Positions 114,555 to 124,925 of a DNA stretch of 248,000 nt are shown piece after piece. Location of the stretch: contig NZ_JMCB01000006.1 in NCBI RefSeq assembly GCF_000737315.1, positions 764,001-1,012,000 on the forward strand, given 5' to 3'. Origin of the DNA: Hyalangium minutum. Its GTDB lineage: Bacteria; Myxococcota; Myxococcia; Myxococcales; Myxococcaceae. A model generated the notes under the pieces. The model was not told the DNA's origin, made no database searches, and saw only the letters and a program-made list of their open reading frames with translations. A program made the translations under genes and the position numbers. How positions within the stretch are numbered: the first letter of the stretch is position 1; each line of letters begins with the position of its first letter.

Positions 114555-114981
114555 GGAGGTGTCTCCACGAAGGAGCGGGCCACGGCGGTGGGGCGCATCC
114601 ACTGTCCTCCCAGCCTAGCGGTGGGCGCCCTCCTCCATCGAATCTCCTTTCACCCACAGTCCCACGGCCCAGAGCTCACGCCTTCGGGTCGTCTGATGTA
114701 AGACAGAGCCTACTCACTGAGGTGTCCCTCTCTCTGCCCGGAAGAGGGCCCTCCGCTCCCATCTCCTCCGAGCGCCTCCTGGCCTCGGTCCCACCTCTGG
114801 GGTCAGTCCTCGGCGCTCCGCCTCTCGGGGCTGGCGGCCTGGAGGGCGGCAGAGCAGGGGTCTTTTGAGACTCGCCTTCGTGTTTCTCTTCCTCCCGAGG
114901 GGGGAGCCGGTGGAGTAGTCTCGGATCCCAGGAAAGGACCCTCCCCTTGCCAGCCCTCGGCTGGCTCCGTCTGCCCGTTCG

Positions 114982-116442
114982 ATGAGCGCCTCCAGTCCCC
115001 TCTTCGGCGACCTCCTGCTCAAGCTGGGCATCGTCACGCCCAGTCAGGTCCAGGAAGCGCTCGCGCTGCAAGCCCTCACCGGCCAGCGCGTGGGCGAGGC
115101 CCTCATCTCCCTGGGCTATGTCACCCGAGAGCAAATCCAGGACGCGCTCGGCGAGGCGCTCGGGCTCACCAGTGAGAAGGTGGCCTCGCACCCGCCGCTG
115201 GGCGAGCTGCTGGTGGGGATGAAGTACATCACCCTGGCCCAGCTCGAAGAGGCGCTGGCCTTCCAACGCAAGGATGGGCGCAAGCTCGGCGAAATCCTCG
115301 TCGAGATGGGGTACTGCACCTACAAGCAAATCTACGAGGCGCTCAGCCTGCAGGGCCGCATCTCCGGCCGCCAAGAGCCGCCCCGCCCCGCCACCGAAGG
115401 CAAGCACCGCGTCATGGTGGTGGATGACAGCCCGCTGGCGTGCGCCTTCGTGCAGGAGGGGCTGGAGACGCTGGGCTACGAGGTGCTCTGCTTCGACGAC
115501 CCGTACAAGGCGCTGGAGCAGGTGGGCCGGGTGCAGCCGGCCATCGTCCTGACGGATCTGGACATGCCGGGCATCGACGGGGTGGAGCTGTGCCGGCGGC
115601 TGAAGGACGGCCCGGCGCGGCAAGTGCCCGTCATCATCCTCACGGCCAATGACGGAGAGACGGAGCGCGTGCAGGGCCTGCGCGCGGGCGCGGACGACTA
115701 CGTGAACAAGTCCGCCTCCATGAACGAGCTGTCGGCGCGCATCGAGAACGTGATGCGCCGCACGGGCGAGACGGAGCGCGTGCGCAAGCTGTTCGCGCGC
115801 TACACCTCGGACGCGGTGGTGGAGGAGATTCTCAAGAGCCCGGACACGGTGGTGCTCACGGGCGAGAAGCGCGTCGTCACCGTGCTCTTCGCGGACATCC
115901 GCAACTTCACCGGGCTGGCGGAGAGCCTGCCTCCCGAGCAGGTGGTGGGTGTGCTCAACCAGGTGCTCGGGCGGCTGTCGGACGCGGTGCTCACGTGCGG
116001 CGGCACGCTGGACAAGTTCCTCGGGGACGGGCTGATGGCGGTGTGGGGCGCGCCGGTGCACCGCTCCGATGATGCGCTGCGGGCGCTGCAGGCCTCCAAG
116101 ATGATGATGGTGGCCATGCAGGAGCTGCGCGCGGAGGCCGAGGCCGAGTGGATTGCGGATGCGCGCAGTGGGCAGCCGCTGGTGTTGGAGCTGGGCATTG
116201 GCATCAACTCGGGCGAGGTGGTGGCCGGCAACATTGGCGGCGCCATGCGCACCGAGTACACCTGCATTGGCGACGCGGTGAATGTGGCCTCGCGCCTGTG
116301 CGCCCTGGCGGGGGCGGGAGAGATTCTGGTGGGTGAGCGCACCCGCTTCCTCGTCCAGGGCCGGGAGATGGCGTTCGAGGACCTGCCGCCGGTGCGGCTC
116401 AAGGGCAAGCAGCAGCCCGTGCCGCTCTACCGCGCCTTGTAA
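114982..116442 (+). CDS. class III adenylate/guanylate cyclase with MshEN-like repeats and REC domain
   Basis: [26 protein letters not shown]; LGELLV/LGEILVE repeats. Confidence 0.88.
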   Translation: MSASSPLFGDLLLKLGIVTPSQVQEALALQALTGQRVGEALISLGYVTREQIQDALGEALGLTSEKVASHPPLGELLVGMKYITLAQLEEALAFQRKDGRKLGEILVEMGYCTYKQIYEALSLQGRISGRQEPPRPATEGKHRVMVVDDSPLACAFVQEGLETLGYEVLCFDDPYKALEQVGRVQPAIVLTDLDMPGIDGVELCRRLKDGPARQVPVIILTANDGETERVQGLRAGADDYVNKSASMNELSARIENVMRRTGETERVRKLFARYTSDAVVEEILKSPDTVVLTGEKRVVTVLFADIRNFTGLAESLPPEQVVGVLNQVLGRLSDAVLTCGGTLDKFLGDGLMAVWGAPVHRSDDALRALQASKMMMVAMQELRAEAEAEWIADARSGQPLVLELGIGINSGEVVAGNIGGAMRTEYTCIGDAVNVASRLCALAGAGEILVGERTRFLVQGREMAFEDLPPVRLKGKQQPVPLYRAL

Positions 116443-116446
116443 GGAC

Positions 116447-116839
116447 ATGACCGAAGAGACGACTCGCGCGCGCCGCCGTACCCCCCTGGGCCTCTTCCTG
116501 GGGATGGGGGCGGGGCTGTGCCTGGTGGTGATGTTGGTGTCGTTGCACTTCCGGCGCCGGGACGACGTCAGTTGGGTGCGCATCCATGAGGACTTCGCGG
116601 TGATCAACGCCGCGCTGAAGCGCTATCAGGCCGACAAGGGTTCCCTGCCCCAAGGGGACTCGCTGGAGTTCCTGGTGCCGGACTATGCGCCCTCGGTGCC
116701 GGCGGATCCGTGGGGCCGCCCGTACATCTTCCTGAACAACGGCAAGGAGCCGCTGCTCGTCACCTTTGGCCAGGACGGCGAGCGGGGCGGGCAGGGCATC
116801 GAGCAGGACCACAACCAGTTCGACGGCCACGGGCACTGA
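116447..116839 (+). CDS. GspG-like pseudopilin domain protein
   Basis: ALKRY..D.G.LP, DPWGRPY, GQDG..GG. Confidence 0.75.
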   Translation: MTEETTRARRRTPLGLFLGMGAGLCLVVMLVSLHFRRRDDVSWVRIHEDFAVINAALKRYQADKGSLPQGDSLEFLVPDYAPSVPADPWGRPYIFLNNGKEPLLVTFGQDGERGGQGIEQDHNQFDGHGH

Positions 116840-117049
116840 GGCTCGGCTCGCCTCGAAGCCCGTGAAGCGGCCAGGGGAGCCAGGGCTCTCCGTGCCGGGG
116901 CGTGTCCTGCCTGGCGGAGCGGCCGGGCCGCCACTTTTGTCGCCTGTTCCCTGCCGGAATGAGCAGCGTGGAGGTGGACGGGTGACACCGGGGAGCTGCG
117001 GGCCTCGAGTGTTCTCCAGGGAGAGCCCGAGGGCTCGGAGGTGGCCGCC

Positions 117050-118435
117050 ATGCCCATCGTCTGCATCACGAACCTGTCCCCGGATTCGGTGAGAGCAGCC
117101 AACACCGCGGCAGCCCTGGCTGCGCGGCGGAAGGTACCGCTGATGTTGTATGGCGTCCCGGAGCCTGAGAGCCCGAACGGAGCGGGCGCCTCGCAGGTGG
117201 TCCTGCATGGGCGGCTCGAGCTGGAGGCCGAGCGGCTCCGGGCCCAGGGCGTGGAGGTGCACACGGTGATGACGCCCAAGGCCGAGGAGGCGCTGCTGGG
117301 CGACGAGGAGTGCCGCAAGGCCGAGTGGTGCGTGGTGGCCGCCGATGGCTGGCAGATCCCCGTCTGGCGCCGCACCCCGCTGCCCGAGCGGCTGATGCAG
117401 CGTGCGTGTGCTCCGGTGCTCGTGGTGCGCCGCGACGAGGCGCTGGTGGACTGGGCCCATGGCCGGCGGCGGCTCGTGGCGATGGTGGGGGTGGACGCGT
117501 CGGATGAGGCGGATGGCTCGGTGGCCTTCATCCGGGCGCTGCGCGAGGTGGGGCCGTGCGACGTCATCGCCACGTATGTCTGCAGCCCGGCGGAGGAGCG
117601 CACGCGGCTGGGGATTCACAGCCCGGTGCGCGTGGAGTTGCTGGATCCGGTGGTGCGCGGCATCCAGGCGCTGGACCCCTACGTGGAGCGCGTGCTGGTG
117701 CGCGAGGTGCGCGAGCGCCTGGGAGAGGTGCCTGGGGAGGGGAACGTGGAGATCCACCTGGAGCCGGGCTACGGGCGGCGGGATGAGCACCTGCTGCACG
117801 TGGCGCGGAAGCGCGGGGTGGACCTGGTGGTGGTGGGGACACACCAGCGGGTGGGCCTGCAGCGGTGGTGGCATGGCTCGGTGTCCGCGGGGGTGATGCG
117901 GCACGCGGAGCAGTCCGTGGTGTGCGTGCCGGCCACGTTTGTGAAGCCTCGGAAGCTGGGAGCTCCCCGGAGCGTGCTGGTGCCGGTGGACTTCACCGAG
118001 GCGAGCCAGCGGGCCATTGCCCAGGCGCGCATGCTGGTGGGCGTGGGGGGGCGGGTGCACCTGCTCCACGTGCACGTGCGCCGGATGGGGGACCCGGACT
118101 GGACGGACCACTACGGGGTGCTGCCGGAGCCGCCGCGCGAGCGCGAGGAGATGATGCGCCGGCTCCAGGCGCTGGTGCCGCAGGAGAATGACGGGGTGCG
118201 TTGGACCCTCGAGGGGGTGAGTGCGAGCGAGGAGGCGCAGGCCATCTGCCAGGCGGCGGAGCGCGAGGGGGTGGATCTGGTGTGCGTGGGGGCAGTGGGG
118301 GGGAGGATGGGCCGGGTGGGCGGGGTGGCGCGGGAGCTGATGGCGCGCTGCCACCGGCCAGTGCTGGTAGTCCCGGCGCCGGAAGAGGCCAGAGAACCCT
118401 TGGGGTGGGGCGCTCAGGGCATCCACAACCCGTGA
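117050..118435 (+). CDS. universal stress protein (multi-domain)
   Basis: VVGTH..GSVSAGVM; VPVDF. Confidence 0.85.
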   Translation: MPIVCITNLSPDSVRAANTAAALAARRKVPLMLYGVPEPESPNGAGASQVVLHGRLELEAERLRAQGVEVHTVMTPKAEEALLGDEECRKAEWCVVAADGWQIPVWRRTPLPERLMQRACAPVLVVRRDEALVDWAHGRRRLVAMVGVDASDEADGSVAFIRALREVGPCDVIATYVCSPAEERTRLGIHSPVRVELLDPVVRGIQALDPYVERVLVREVRERLGEVPGEGNVEIHLEPGYGRRDEHLLHVARKRGVDLVVVGTHQRVGLQRWWHGSVSAGVMRHAEQSVVCVPATFVKPRKLGAPRSVLVPVDFTEASQRAIAQARMLVGVGGRVHLLHVHVRRMGDPDWTDHYGVLPEPPREREEMMRRLQALVPQENDGVRWTLEGVSASEEAQAICQAAEREGVDLVCVGAVGGRMGRVGGVARELMARCHRPVLVVPAPEEAREPLGWGAQGIHNP

Positions 118436-118561
118436 AAATCCGTTCAGCCCTCCGTGACGGAGCCCAGAAATCGGCCTGATACAGGCCCGTGGGATTCGAC
118501 GTCCAACCCGTGGGGGCGTTAGACTCGACGCGACCCCTTTTTCCGGGAAGGAAGGTCTGAC

Positions 118562-119158
118562 GTGTTGATACCCCGCGGATATCGCGAAGAGGAGCTCGTC
118601 TCCAACCGCGCAGCGCTGTTGCTCTACGGCGGGACGGAGGAAGAGCGGCGCTCGTGGGCCGTCGAGGCGGCGCACCACTTTGAGCACGAGGGTGAGCTGC
118701 TCGAGGTCCGCCAGTCGGCGGAGCTGGTGGAAGCGCTGAAGCGGCCGCGAGGCGTGGTGTTCGTGCCGGACGTGGTGAAGCTGGGGCTGGAGGCGCAGAG
118801 CCACATCCTCCGCTGCCTGCTGCGGCAGGAGGAGCGGCCCAAGCTGGTGCTGGGCATGACGGGCACGGCCGAGTCGGCGCTGGAGCGCGGCACGCTGCGC
118901 GAGGATCTGCACTACCGGCTCAACCAGGCGCAGGTGGACCTGGGCACGGCCGGACTTCGCGAGACGCTGAAGAAGCGCTGGGCTGCCCTCGCCGAGCGGC
119001 GCGCGGCGAAGGAGGCCGCTAAGCGCGAGGCCGCCGAGCAGGAACGGCAGGCCGCCATGGTGCGCAAGCCCGGCACGGTGACGCGGCTCACCCCACAGCA
119101 GCGCAAGGTCCAGGCTCCCGGCAAGACTGCCACGCGCAAGGCCAGCAGTCGCAGGTAG
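118562..119158 (+). CDS. degenerate sigma54-AAA-like protein
   Basis: REDLHYRL segment without Walker A. Confidence 0.55.
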   Translation: MLIPRGYREEELVSNRAALLLYGGTEEERRSWAVEAAHHFEHEGELLEVRQSAELVEALKRPRGVVFVPDVVKLGLEAQSHILRCLLRQEERPKLVLGMTGTAESALERGTLREDLHYRLNQAQVDLGTAGLRETLKKRWAALAERRAAKEAAKREAAEQERQAAMVRKPGTVTRLTPQQRKVQAPGKTATRKASSRR

Positions 119159-119210
119159 CTCCCAGAAGAACGGGAGACACGGGACGCAGATCCACGGTAG
119201 GGCCCGCAGA

Positions 119211-119285
119211 TCGCGGGTCCCTCGTCTCGGCGCGGGTCCCCCCGTCAGCGGACGGGTCCTCCCGCGCCGGCCGTCCCGCTCTCCC
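119211..119285 (+). repeat. dispersed ~75-bp hairpin repeat, copy 2
   Basis: Same sequence at 50996-51070. Confidence 0.8.
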
Positions 119286-119319
119286 TCGGCTCACGGCTCT
119301 GCGGCTCGAGGCTGCTCGG

Positions 119320-119802
119320 CTAGCGGCCCGAGTGCAGGTGCTTCTGCCCTCGCTTCACCTTGAACTGCTTGGCCGGAGCAGGCTCCTTCGCCTTCGTCGA
119401 ACGCTTGGGCGCCGCCGCCGGCATCGTCTTGCGGCCCGAGTCCCGCATCTCCACCGCCGGGGTCTCGGACACCTGCCGCGAGGCGGCCCGGCGCCCCTTC
119501 GCGGGGGCTGTCTCGGTTTTTGCCGGCTTCATCGGCGCTGCTGCCTTCGGCTCCGGCTGCTGCACCGGAGTCTCAGTCAGCTGCTCTTTCACGGCGGCCT
119601 TCGGCGTGAGGCGCACCTTGCTCGGGCGCCCGCCCAGCTTCTGCTGGAGCTTGTCCACCGTCTTCACCGCGGCCACCGTTGTCTCCACCAGCACCCGTGC
119701 TCCTCGCGTGCCCGCCTTGGCCGCCGCCTGGACGCCCCGCGTGCGCACCTTCGAGGCCGCCTTCTTCACCTTGTCCACCAGTCCACGCCTCAGTGTCGCC
119801 AT
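119320..119802 (-). CDS. Lys/Ala-rich basic protein
   Basis: Composition; GAGGGGA RBS. Confidence 0.6.
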   Translation of the reverse strand: MATLRRGLVDKVKKAASKVRTRGVQAAAKAGTRGARVLVETTVAAVKTVDKLQQKLGGRPSKVRLTPKAAVKEQLTETPVQQPEPKAAAPMKPAKTETAPAKGRRAASRQVSETPAVEMRDSGRKTMPAAAPKRSTKAKEPAPAKQFKVKRGQKHLHSGR

Positions 119803-119913
119803 GCTGTCCCCTCACTCCGGAAGTTTCGGAAGCGTTTTCGCTCCGGCGGAAGGTAGTCACGAGTCCACCAGCCGGAAGCGGGGCGACAGCTCGCCTGCCT
119901 GCTGTCAGACTCG

Positions 119914-120744
119914 ATGACTGTGAGCGACTCGATGACGCCCCCGGAACGACGCACGCGCGGGCGCACCTCTCGCTCCCGGCTCAGGGCTCTGGACGCCTAC
120001 CTGTTCCAGTGCGAGCGCCCGCTGCTGGAGCGTCAGGACGAGGCCTGGCGCGACGCGGCCTTCCTGGACGTGGGCTTCGGCGAGCACCCATGGACGACTC
120101 TGGAGAGCGCCACCCTGTTCCGGGAGCTGAACCCTCACCTGCCTGTCATCGGCGTGGAGGCGGATGAAGGCAGGGCCTCCGCGGCAGCTCGCCACGAGGA
120201 AGCACGGACCCGCTTCGTCCACGGGGGCTTCGACTGGGCCTCCACAGTAGGACAGCCCGCACGGCTCGTGCGCGCCATGAACATCCTGCGCCAGTACCGC
120301 GCCGAAGATGTGGAGGCCGCGCACACGGAGCTGGGCCGGGCGCTGCTGCCCGGAGGCCTCGTCGTGGAGGGCAGCACGGACGTGCAGGGCGGAATCACCG
120401 CGGTGCACTTGCTGCGGCGCACCCCCGAGGGTCTCTCCCGCGAGGCGCTCCTCTTCCACACGGACTTCCACCAGGGCTTTGCCCCGCTGCTCTTCCGCGA
120501 CTGGCTGCCCAGGGACTTGCGCCGCCGCGTCCAGCCGGATGAACCCATCCACGACTTCTTCACCGAATGGACAGAGGCTTGGAAGAAGGCGCGCGAACTC
120601 GGCGCATGGGAGCCCCGGAGCGCCTTCCAGGAGAGCGCAAGGCAACTGGCCGCGTCCTCCGTCAGCGTGAGCACGGACCCGTGGCTGCTGGAGCGCGGCT
120701 ACCTGCGGTGGCAGCCCTCCGGCGGAGTACCCCGCCCCCGCTGA
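119914..120744 (+). CDS. methyltransferase-like protein
   Basis: FLDVGFG, RAMNILRQY. Confidence 0.65.
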   Translation: MTVSDSMTPPERRTRGRTSRSRLRALDAYLFQCERPLLERQDEAWRDAAFLDVGFGEHPWTTLESATLFRELNPHLPVIGVEADEGRASAAARHEEARTRFVHGGFDWASTVGQPARLVRAMNILRQYRAEDVEAAHTELGRALLPGGLVVEGSTDVQGGITAVHLLRRTPEGLSREALLFHTDFHQGFAPLLFRDWLPRDLRRRVQPDEPIHDFFTEWTEAWKKARELGAWEPRSAFQESARQLAASSVSVSTDPWLLERGYLRWQPSGGVPRPR

Positions 120745-120749
120745 TCAGC

Positions 120750-121238
120750 TCAAGAAGGCCACAGTCCGGGCGTGGGCTCGGCCTCGGGCTCGCGGGCGAA
120801 GATGCGGATCCCCCGGATGAAGCGGGCCAGGGGCTCGTAGATCCACCCACCCAACAACCAGAAGGGCGCATAGTCCAGGCGGATCAGCCCATTCACATTC
120901 CACGGCGACACCGAGTAGTCCCACGGACACCGGCCAATCGCCGCCACCAGCAGGGCGCCCGACACGTACTCCACCGTGAAGCACACGGCCATGGCCACGA
121001 AAGCCCGTGTCACCCGGCTCAGCCCGGCCCGCTGCATCAGCCCCAACAGGTGCTCGCCCAGCAGCAGCCCCACTCCCCAGATGGGGTGCATCCACAGGTA
121101 CGAGTACCCCTTGAGCCTCAAGTCTCCCGCGCCGCTGGCCAGATCCATCACCGAGGTGAAGCAGCACTCGATGCACCACCCCACCAGCCCGTACGCGATG
121201 AACTTCCCCACCAGCCCCAGCCGTTCTCCTCCCGACAT
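120750..121238 (-). CDS. CmpB/TMEM229-like membrane protein
   Basis: GWCIE, G.SYLWMHPIWG, CPWDYS..G.IRL.Y. Confidence 0.75.
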   Translation of the reverse strand: MSGGERLGLVGKFIAYGLVGWCIECCFTSVMDLASGAGDLRLKGYSYLWMHPIWGVGLLLGEHLLGLMQRAGLSRVTRAFVAMAVCFTVEYVSGALLVAAIGRCPWDYSVSPWNVNGLIRLDYAPFWLLGGWIYEPLARFIRGIRIFAREPEAEPTPGLWPS

Positions 121239-121423
121239 TCGCTGCCCAACCATCACGCCCCGACCGCCGCTCATCCGTGCCTCCCACGCCTGCGAAGCGT
121301 GGTGAGAAAATGAGTTCCCACCCCCGAAAACCGCAAGTCATGGGACTGGGGGAACCCAGAATGGGCCCGGCGGAGTGTCCACCCCGCAACGTCCTGATCC
121401 GTCCAGGCCCGAAGGCCCGGGGC

Positions 121424-121825
121424 TTACGGCAGCGTGTCGAGCTGCAGGCCGATCAGGTGGAAGCCTCCGCCCATGTAGGACCAGCCGAGTCGCTGTGCGC
121501 GCTTCACCACCGCCTCCAACTGTGTGGAGCCCAGCAGCGTCTTGAAGCCCAGCTTCTTGGCGTCCCGGCTCAGCGCGACGACCACGGCATCCAGCGCCCG
121601 GGTGCGCTCCTCCTTGGACACATCCTTGTTGGCGATCAGGCTCTCCAACCAGCACACCGAACTGTCCGTGCGGTAGAGAAAGCCTGCGGCGACACCCGGG
121701 ACGATGTAGCCCGTCTGCGGCAGCGCCTCGGGGATCATCGTCTCGCCAAAAAGCTCGAACCACCGGAGCACCTGGGCGAAGTGCTGCTCCGGCACGTAGG
121801 GGATGGGCGTGAACTCCTCAGACAT
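121424..121825 (-). CDS. GNAT-like hypothetical protein
   Basis: GC3-biased ORF; fold is a guess. Confidence 0.5.
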   Translation of the reverse strand: MSEEFTPIPYVPEQHFAQVLRWFELFGETMIPEALPQTGYIVPGVAAGFLYRTDSSVCWLESLIANKDVSKEERTRALDAVVVALSRDAKKLGFKTLLGSTQLEAVVKRAQRLGWSYMGGGFHLIGLQLDTLP

Positions 121826-121962
121826 GGGCAACCTCCAGCCGCGTTGCTAACCCAAGCGCCGCCGAACGCAAAGAAGGCGGAAGCTTGCGTAAAGCCGGAA
121901 CTCCCGGGCAGACTCTGCGTCCTGGTTCGCCTTCATCTCCCCAAACCCCTGGAGTCGAAGAC

Positions 121963-122328
121963 ATGTCTCAGGACACCTCTCCCCGCCCGAAGCGTGGTCT
122001 CAAGCGCCCCGTCGAAGTGGTCCGCGCCGAGCTGCTCAAGGATGCAGACACCAAGCGCATCGCCAAGGCGGTGGGCATGTCGCTCGAGGACTATGTGGAG
122101 CTGGTGCTCAAGTACGCCCAGGACAAGGACAAGGAGCCCGAGGTCCACGTCGTCTCCGACGAGGAGCTGAAGAAGAACGGCTTCAACGTCGTGACGGCCG
122201 AGGAGGCCGGCAAGATGCTGGTGGCCATCGCCAAGGGCGAGTTCGGCGTGGATCAGTCCTTCCAGAACTCGGAGTTCGAGGCCTCCAGCGGCCCCAAGGG
122301 CCCCTCGCTGACGGGCGACAAGAAGTAG
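121963..122328 (+). CDS. hypothetical protein
   Basis: GGAG RBS; GC3-biased ORF. Confidence 0.65.
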   Translation: MSQDTSPRPKRGLKRPVEVVRAELLKDADTKRIAKAVGMSLEDYVELVLKYAQDKDKEPEVHVVSDEELKKNGFNVVTAEEAGKMLVAIAKGEFGVDQSFQNSEFEASSGPKGPSLTGDKK

Positions 122329-122455
122329 GCAGAGGCGTGGATCGGCGGAAATTGATCGGGAAAATGCACGCAGGAAACCTTTTCCCTACCCCCCCGATAA
122401 CTCCTTTGTAAGCAGTACTTCTCCACTAAAAACTTCGAAAAAAGAGAGTCACGCC

Positions 122456-122872
122456 ATGGGCAAGGTCGTCAAGGGTATCGCCGACGTCGCGAAGAAGGTC
122501 TCCGAGGTCGCTGGGAAGGTCGCCAACATCGCCGGCAAGGTGATGGATGTCATCCAGAAGCCGCTGAGCGCGCTGACCCAGCCGATCAAGGACATCGCCG
122601 GGAAGTTCCTGGACAAGCTCGGCCCCTTCGGCAAGTTCCTGAAGCCGCTGGCTGACAAGGTCATCGACGGCGCCGCGAGCTTCCTCGGCGGCGGCCCGCT
122701 GGGCACCCTGGGCGCGCTGGGTGGCGTGGCCAAGACGGTGGGCGATGTGGCCAAGATCGCCGAGACCGTGAAGGGCGTGGCGGACAAGGTCGGCGCGTTC
122801 GCCGAGAACCCGCTGGGCCAGCTGAACTTCCAGAACATCCTGGCTCACGCCCACGCGCAGCACGTGGAGTAG
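122456..122872 (+). CDS. amphipathic Gly/Lys-rich protein
   Basis: Strong codon bias; helical amphipathic pattern. Confidence 0.7.
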   Translation: MGKVVKGIADVAKKVSEVAGKVANIAGKVMDVIQKPLSALTQPIKDIAGKFLDKLGPFGKFLKPLADKVIDGAASFLGGGPLGTLGALGGVAKTVGDVAKIAETVKGVADKVGAFAENPLGQLNFQNILAHAHAQHVE

Positions 122873-122960
122873 TCGTCAGGAAGTTCGCGGCGCCTGCTGA
122901 GGCCGCATCAACGAGGGCCGGTCCCTTATGCGGGGACTGGCCCTTCGTCTTTTCCGGCAC

Positions 122961-123626
122961 TTAGCCGTTCTCGCGGGCCAACCGCGCCGCGTCACGCAGG
123001 AGCCGCTGGAAAGCCTCCTCGTCACGGCTCTCGTAGTAGCCGCGGATCTCCCCCATGCCGTCCACGAGCACGAAGTGGTCGCCGTGGAAGATGCCCATCA
123101 CGTCGGCCTCATCCAGGGACTGGCGGTCCATGTAGATCTTGAAGCTGTTGACGACGGTGTCCTTGATGGCGGCGTAGTCGCCGGTGAGGAAGCTCCAGCG
123201 AGCGGCGTTGGCGCCATGCTTCTGGGCGTACTCGGCCAGGCGCGCCGGGGTGTCATAGGCGGGGTCCACCGAGAAGGACACCAACTGCAGGCCGGGCCCG
123301 AACGCGTCCGTCTCCTTCTGGATGTGGGCCATCCTCCGGGTGAAGGCGGGGCAGACGGTGGGGCAGCGGGTGAAGATGAAATTGGCGACGTAGGGGTGGC
123401 CCTTGAGCTGGGCCGAGCCCCACGCGGAGCCGTCCTGCCGGGTGAAGGAGAACGCGGGCAGGGTGCCGAGCTGGGGCAGCGGCTGGGAGCGGGCGCGCAG
123501 GAAGCCTGCGGCGAGCACGGCCATCCCCAGCGCCATGACGGCCACTCCGAGCCAGAGCGCGGGGTGGCGGAGGAGCGGAATCGGGGCGGCGGGAGCGGGA
123601 GCGGAGGCAGGAGTCTCAGCGGACAT
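122961..123626 (-). CDS. SCO family copper chaperone
   Basis: FTRCPTVCP, SVDP, H. Confidence 0.92.
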   Translation of the reverse strand: MSAETPASAPAPAAPIPLLRHPALWLGVAVMALGMAVLAAGFLRARSQPLPQLGTLPAFSFTRQDGSAWGSAQLKGHPYVANFIFTRCPTVCPAFTRRMAHIQKETDAFGPGLQLVSFSVDPAYDTPARLAEYAQKHGANAARWSFLTGDYAAIKDTVVNSFKIYMDRQSLDEADVMGIFHGDHFVLVDGMGEIRGYYESRDEEAFQRLLRDAARLARENG

Positions 123627-123966
123627 ATGAAGAAGGCCCTGGACGGAGGCAGCGGACAGCTAACGGAAGTACCACGGGAGCACAAGGGACGCGGTGACGC
123701 AGCGCGGTGCCCGAGGGTCCGAGAGCCTTGCCGGGAAGCGTGCACAGCGGGCGGGCATGCATTGCCTATATAAGGATGCGGGCCGAGCGTGCGGCGCTTG
123801 AGGGGCGTGGAGGGGCATGGTAGCCGGTGAGCCGATGCCCTGTGACCGCCCTGATCCGGTTGCCACGGCGGCCCTCTCGGAGTCCGGAGGGCCCCTGCGG
123901 CACGAGCCCTCTCTCCCGAGCATGTCCCTCCAGGCCTGGGCGCGGGCCCTGACGCGGTGCGTGCAG

Positions 123967-124173
123967 ATGCTGAGGACGGTGCTGGCGGCCGTGCTGGGCC
124001 TGCTGCCCGGGTGGGCGTGGGCGTGCCCAACGTGCGTGGCGAGGGCGCCGGAGTCGGCGGGGCGCTCGGCGCTGCTGGTGGGTGCGCTGCTGCTGGCGCC
124101 CTTCCTGCTGGTGGCGGTGGGCGTGTGGGCGGCGGTGCGGGTCGCGCGAGGTGATGCCAAGAGGAGCTCGTGA
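123967..124173 (+). CDS. small membrane protein with CPTC motif
   Basis: AWACPTC; first gene of the cox operon. Confidence 0.6.
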   Translation: MLRTVLAAVLGLLPGWAWACPTCVARAPESAGRSALLVGALLLAPFLLVAVGVWAAVRVARGDAKRSS

Positions 124174-124925
124174 TGGACGCCTCGCTGCTGGCGCCTCCGG
124201 AGAACGTGAGCGCGCACAGCCATCCCATCGATGCGTTGCTGGCGCTGAGCCACCGCTTCGATCTGATCCTGTCGGTGTTGATGCTGGGCGTGCTGGTGGG
124301 GTTCCTGTGGCACTTCCGAGGGGCTCGGAAGGTGGCGCCGGATGCGGGGACGATGCGGAGCCGGGCCTTCGTGATGGTGGCGGCGCTGACCATCTTCGGG
124401 GTGGTGGACGGGACGCTGTTCGCGCGCTCGCTGGGGTACCTGAACGACGTGCTGTGGAACTTCGAGGTGCCGGAGAAGAGCCCGGACACGGTGCGCGTGG
124501 AGGTGAACGCGCGGCAGTGGGCCTGGGAGGTGCGGTACGCGGGCGAGGATGGGCGCTTCAACACGGCGGATGACGTGCTGACGTGGAGCGAGCTGCGGGT
124601 GCCGGTGGGCGCGCCGGTGTGGGTGCAGCTGGCGTCCTCGGACGTGGTGCATGGGTTCTCGCTGCCGAACCTGCGGGTGAAGCTGGATGCGATCCCGGGC
124701 CGGGTGAACCAGACGTGGTTCCAGACGGCGCGCGAGGGCACGTGGGAAGTGGCCTGCTACCAGCACTGCGGCACGAGCCACTACAAGATGCGGGGCACGC
124801 TCACGGTCATGTCCCCGGAGGCGTACGCCACGTGGCTGCGCGAGGCGGGGAAGCAGGCGGGGCAGGCGTATGACGCGCAGGACACGGCCGCGCACTGGGG
124901 CTGGGAGTGGAGGCCCGCGCCATGA
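124170..124925 (+). CDS. coxB: cytochrome c oxidase subunit II
   Basis: DVVHGF, CYQHCGTSHYKM CuA-type motif. Confidence 0.88.
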   Translation: MMDASLLAPPENVSAHSHPIDALLALSHRFDLILSVLMLGVLVGFLWHFRGARKVAPDAGTMRSRAFVMVAALTIFGVVDGTLFARSLGYLNDVLWNFEVPEKSPDTVRVEVNARQWAWEVRYAGEDGRFNTADDVLTWSELRVPVGAPVWVQLASSDVVHGFSLPNLRVKLDAIPGRVNQTWFQTAREGTWEVACYQHCGTSHYKMRGTLTVMSPEAYATWLREAGKQAGQAYDAQDTAAHWGWEWRPAP

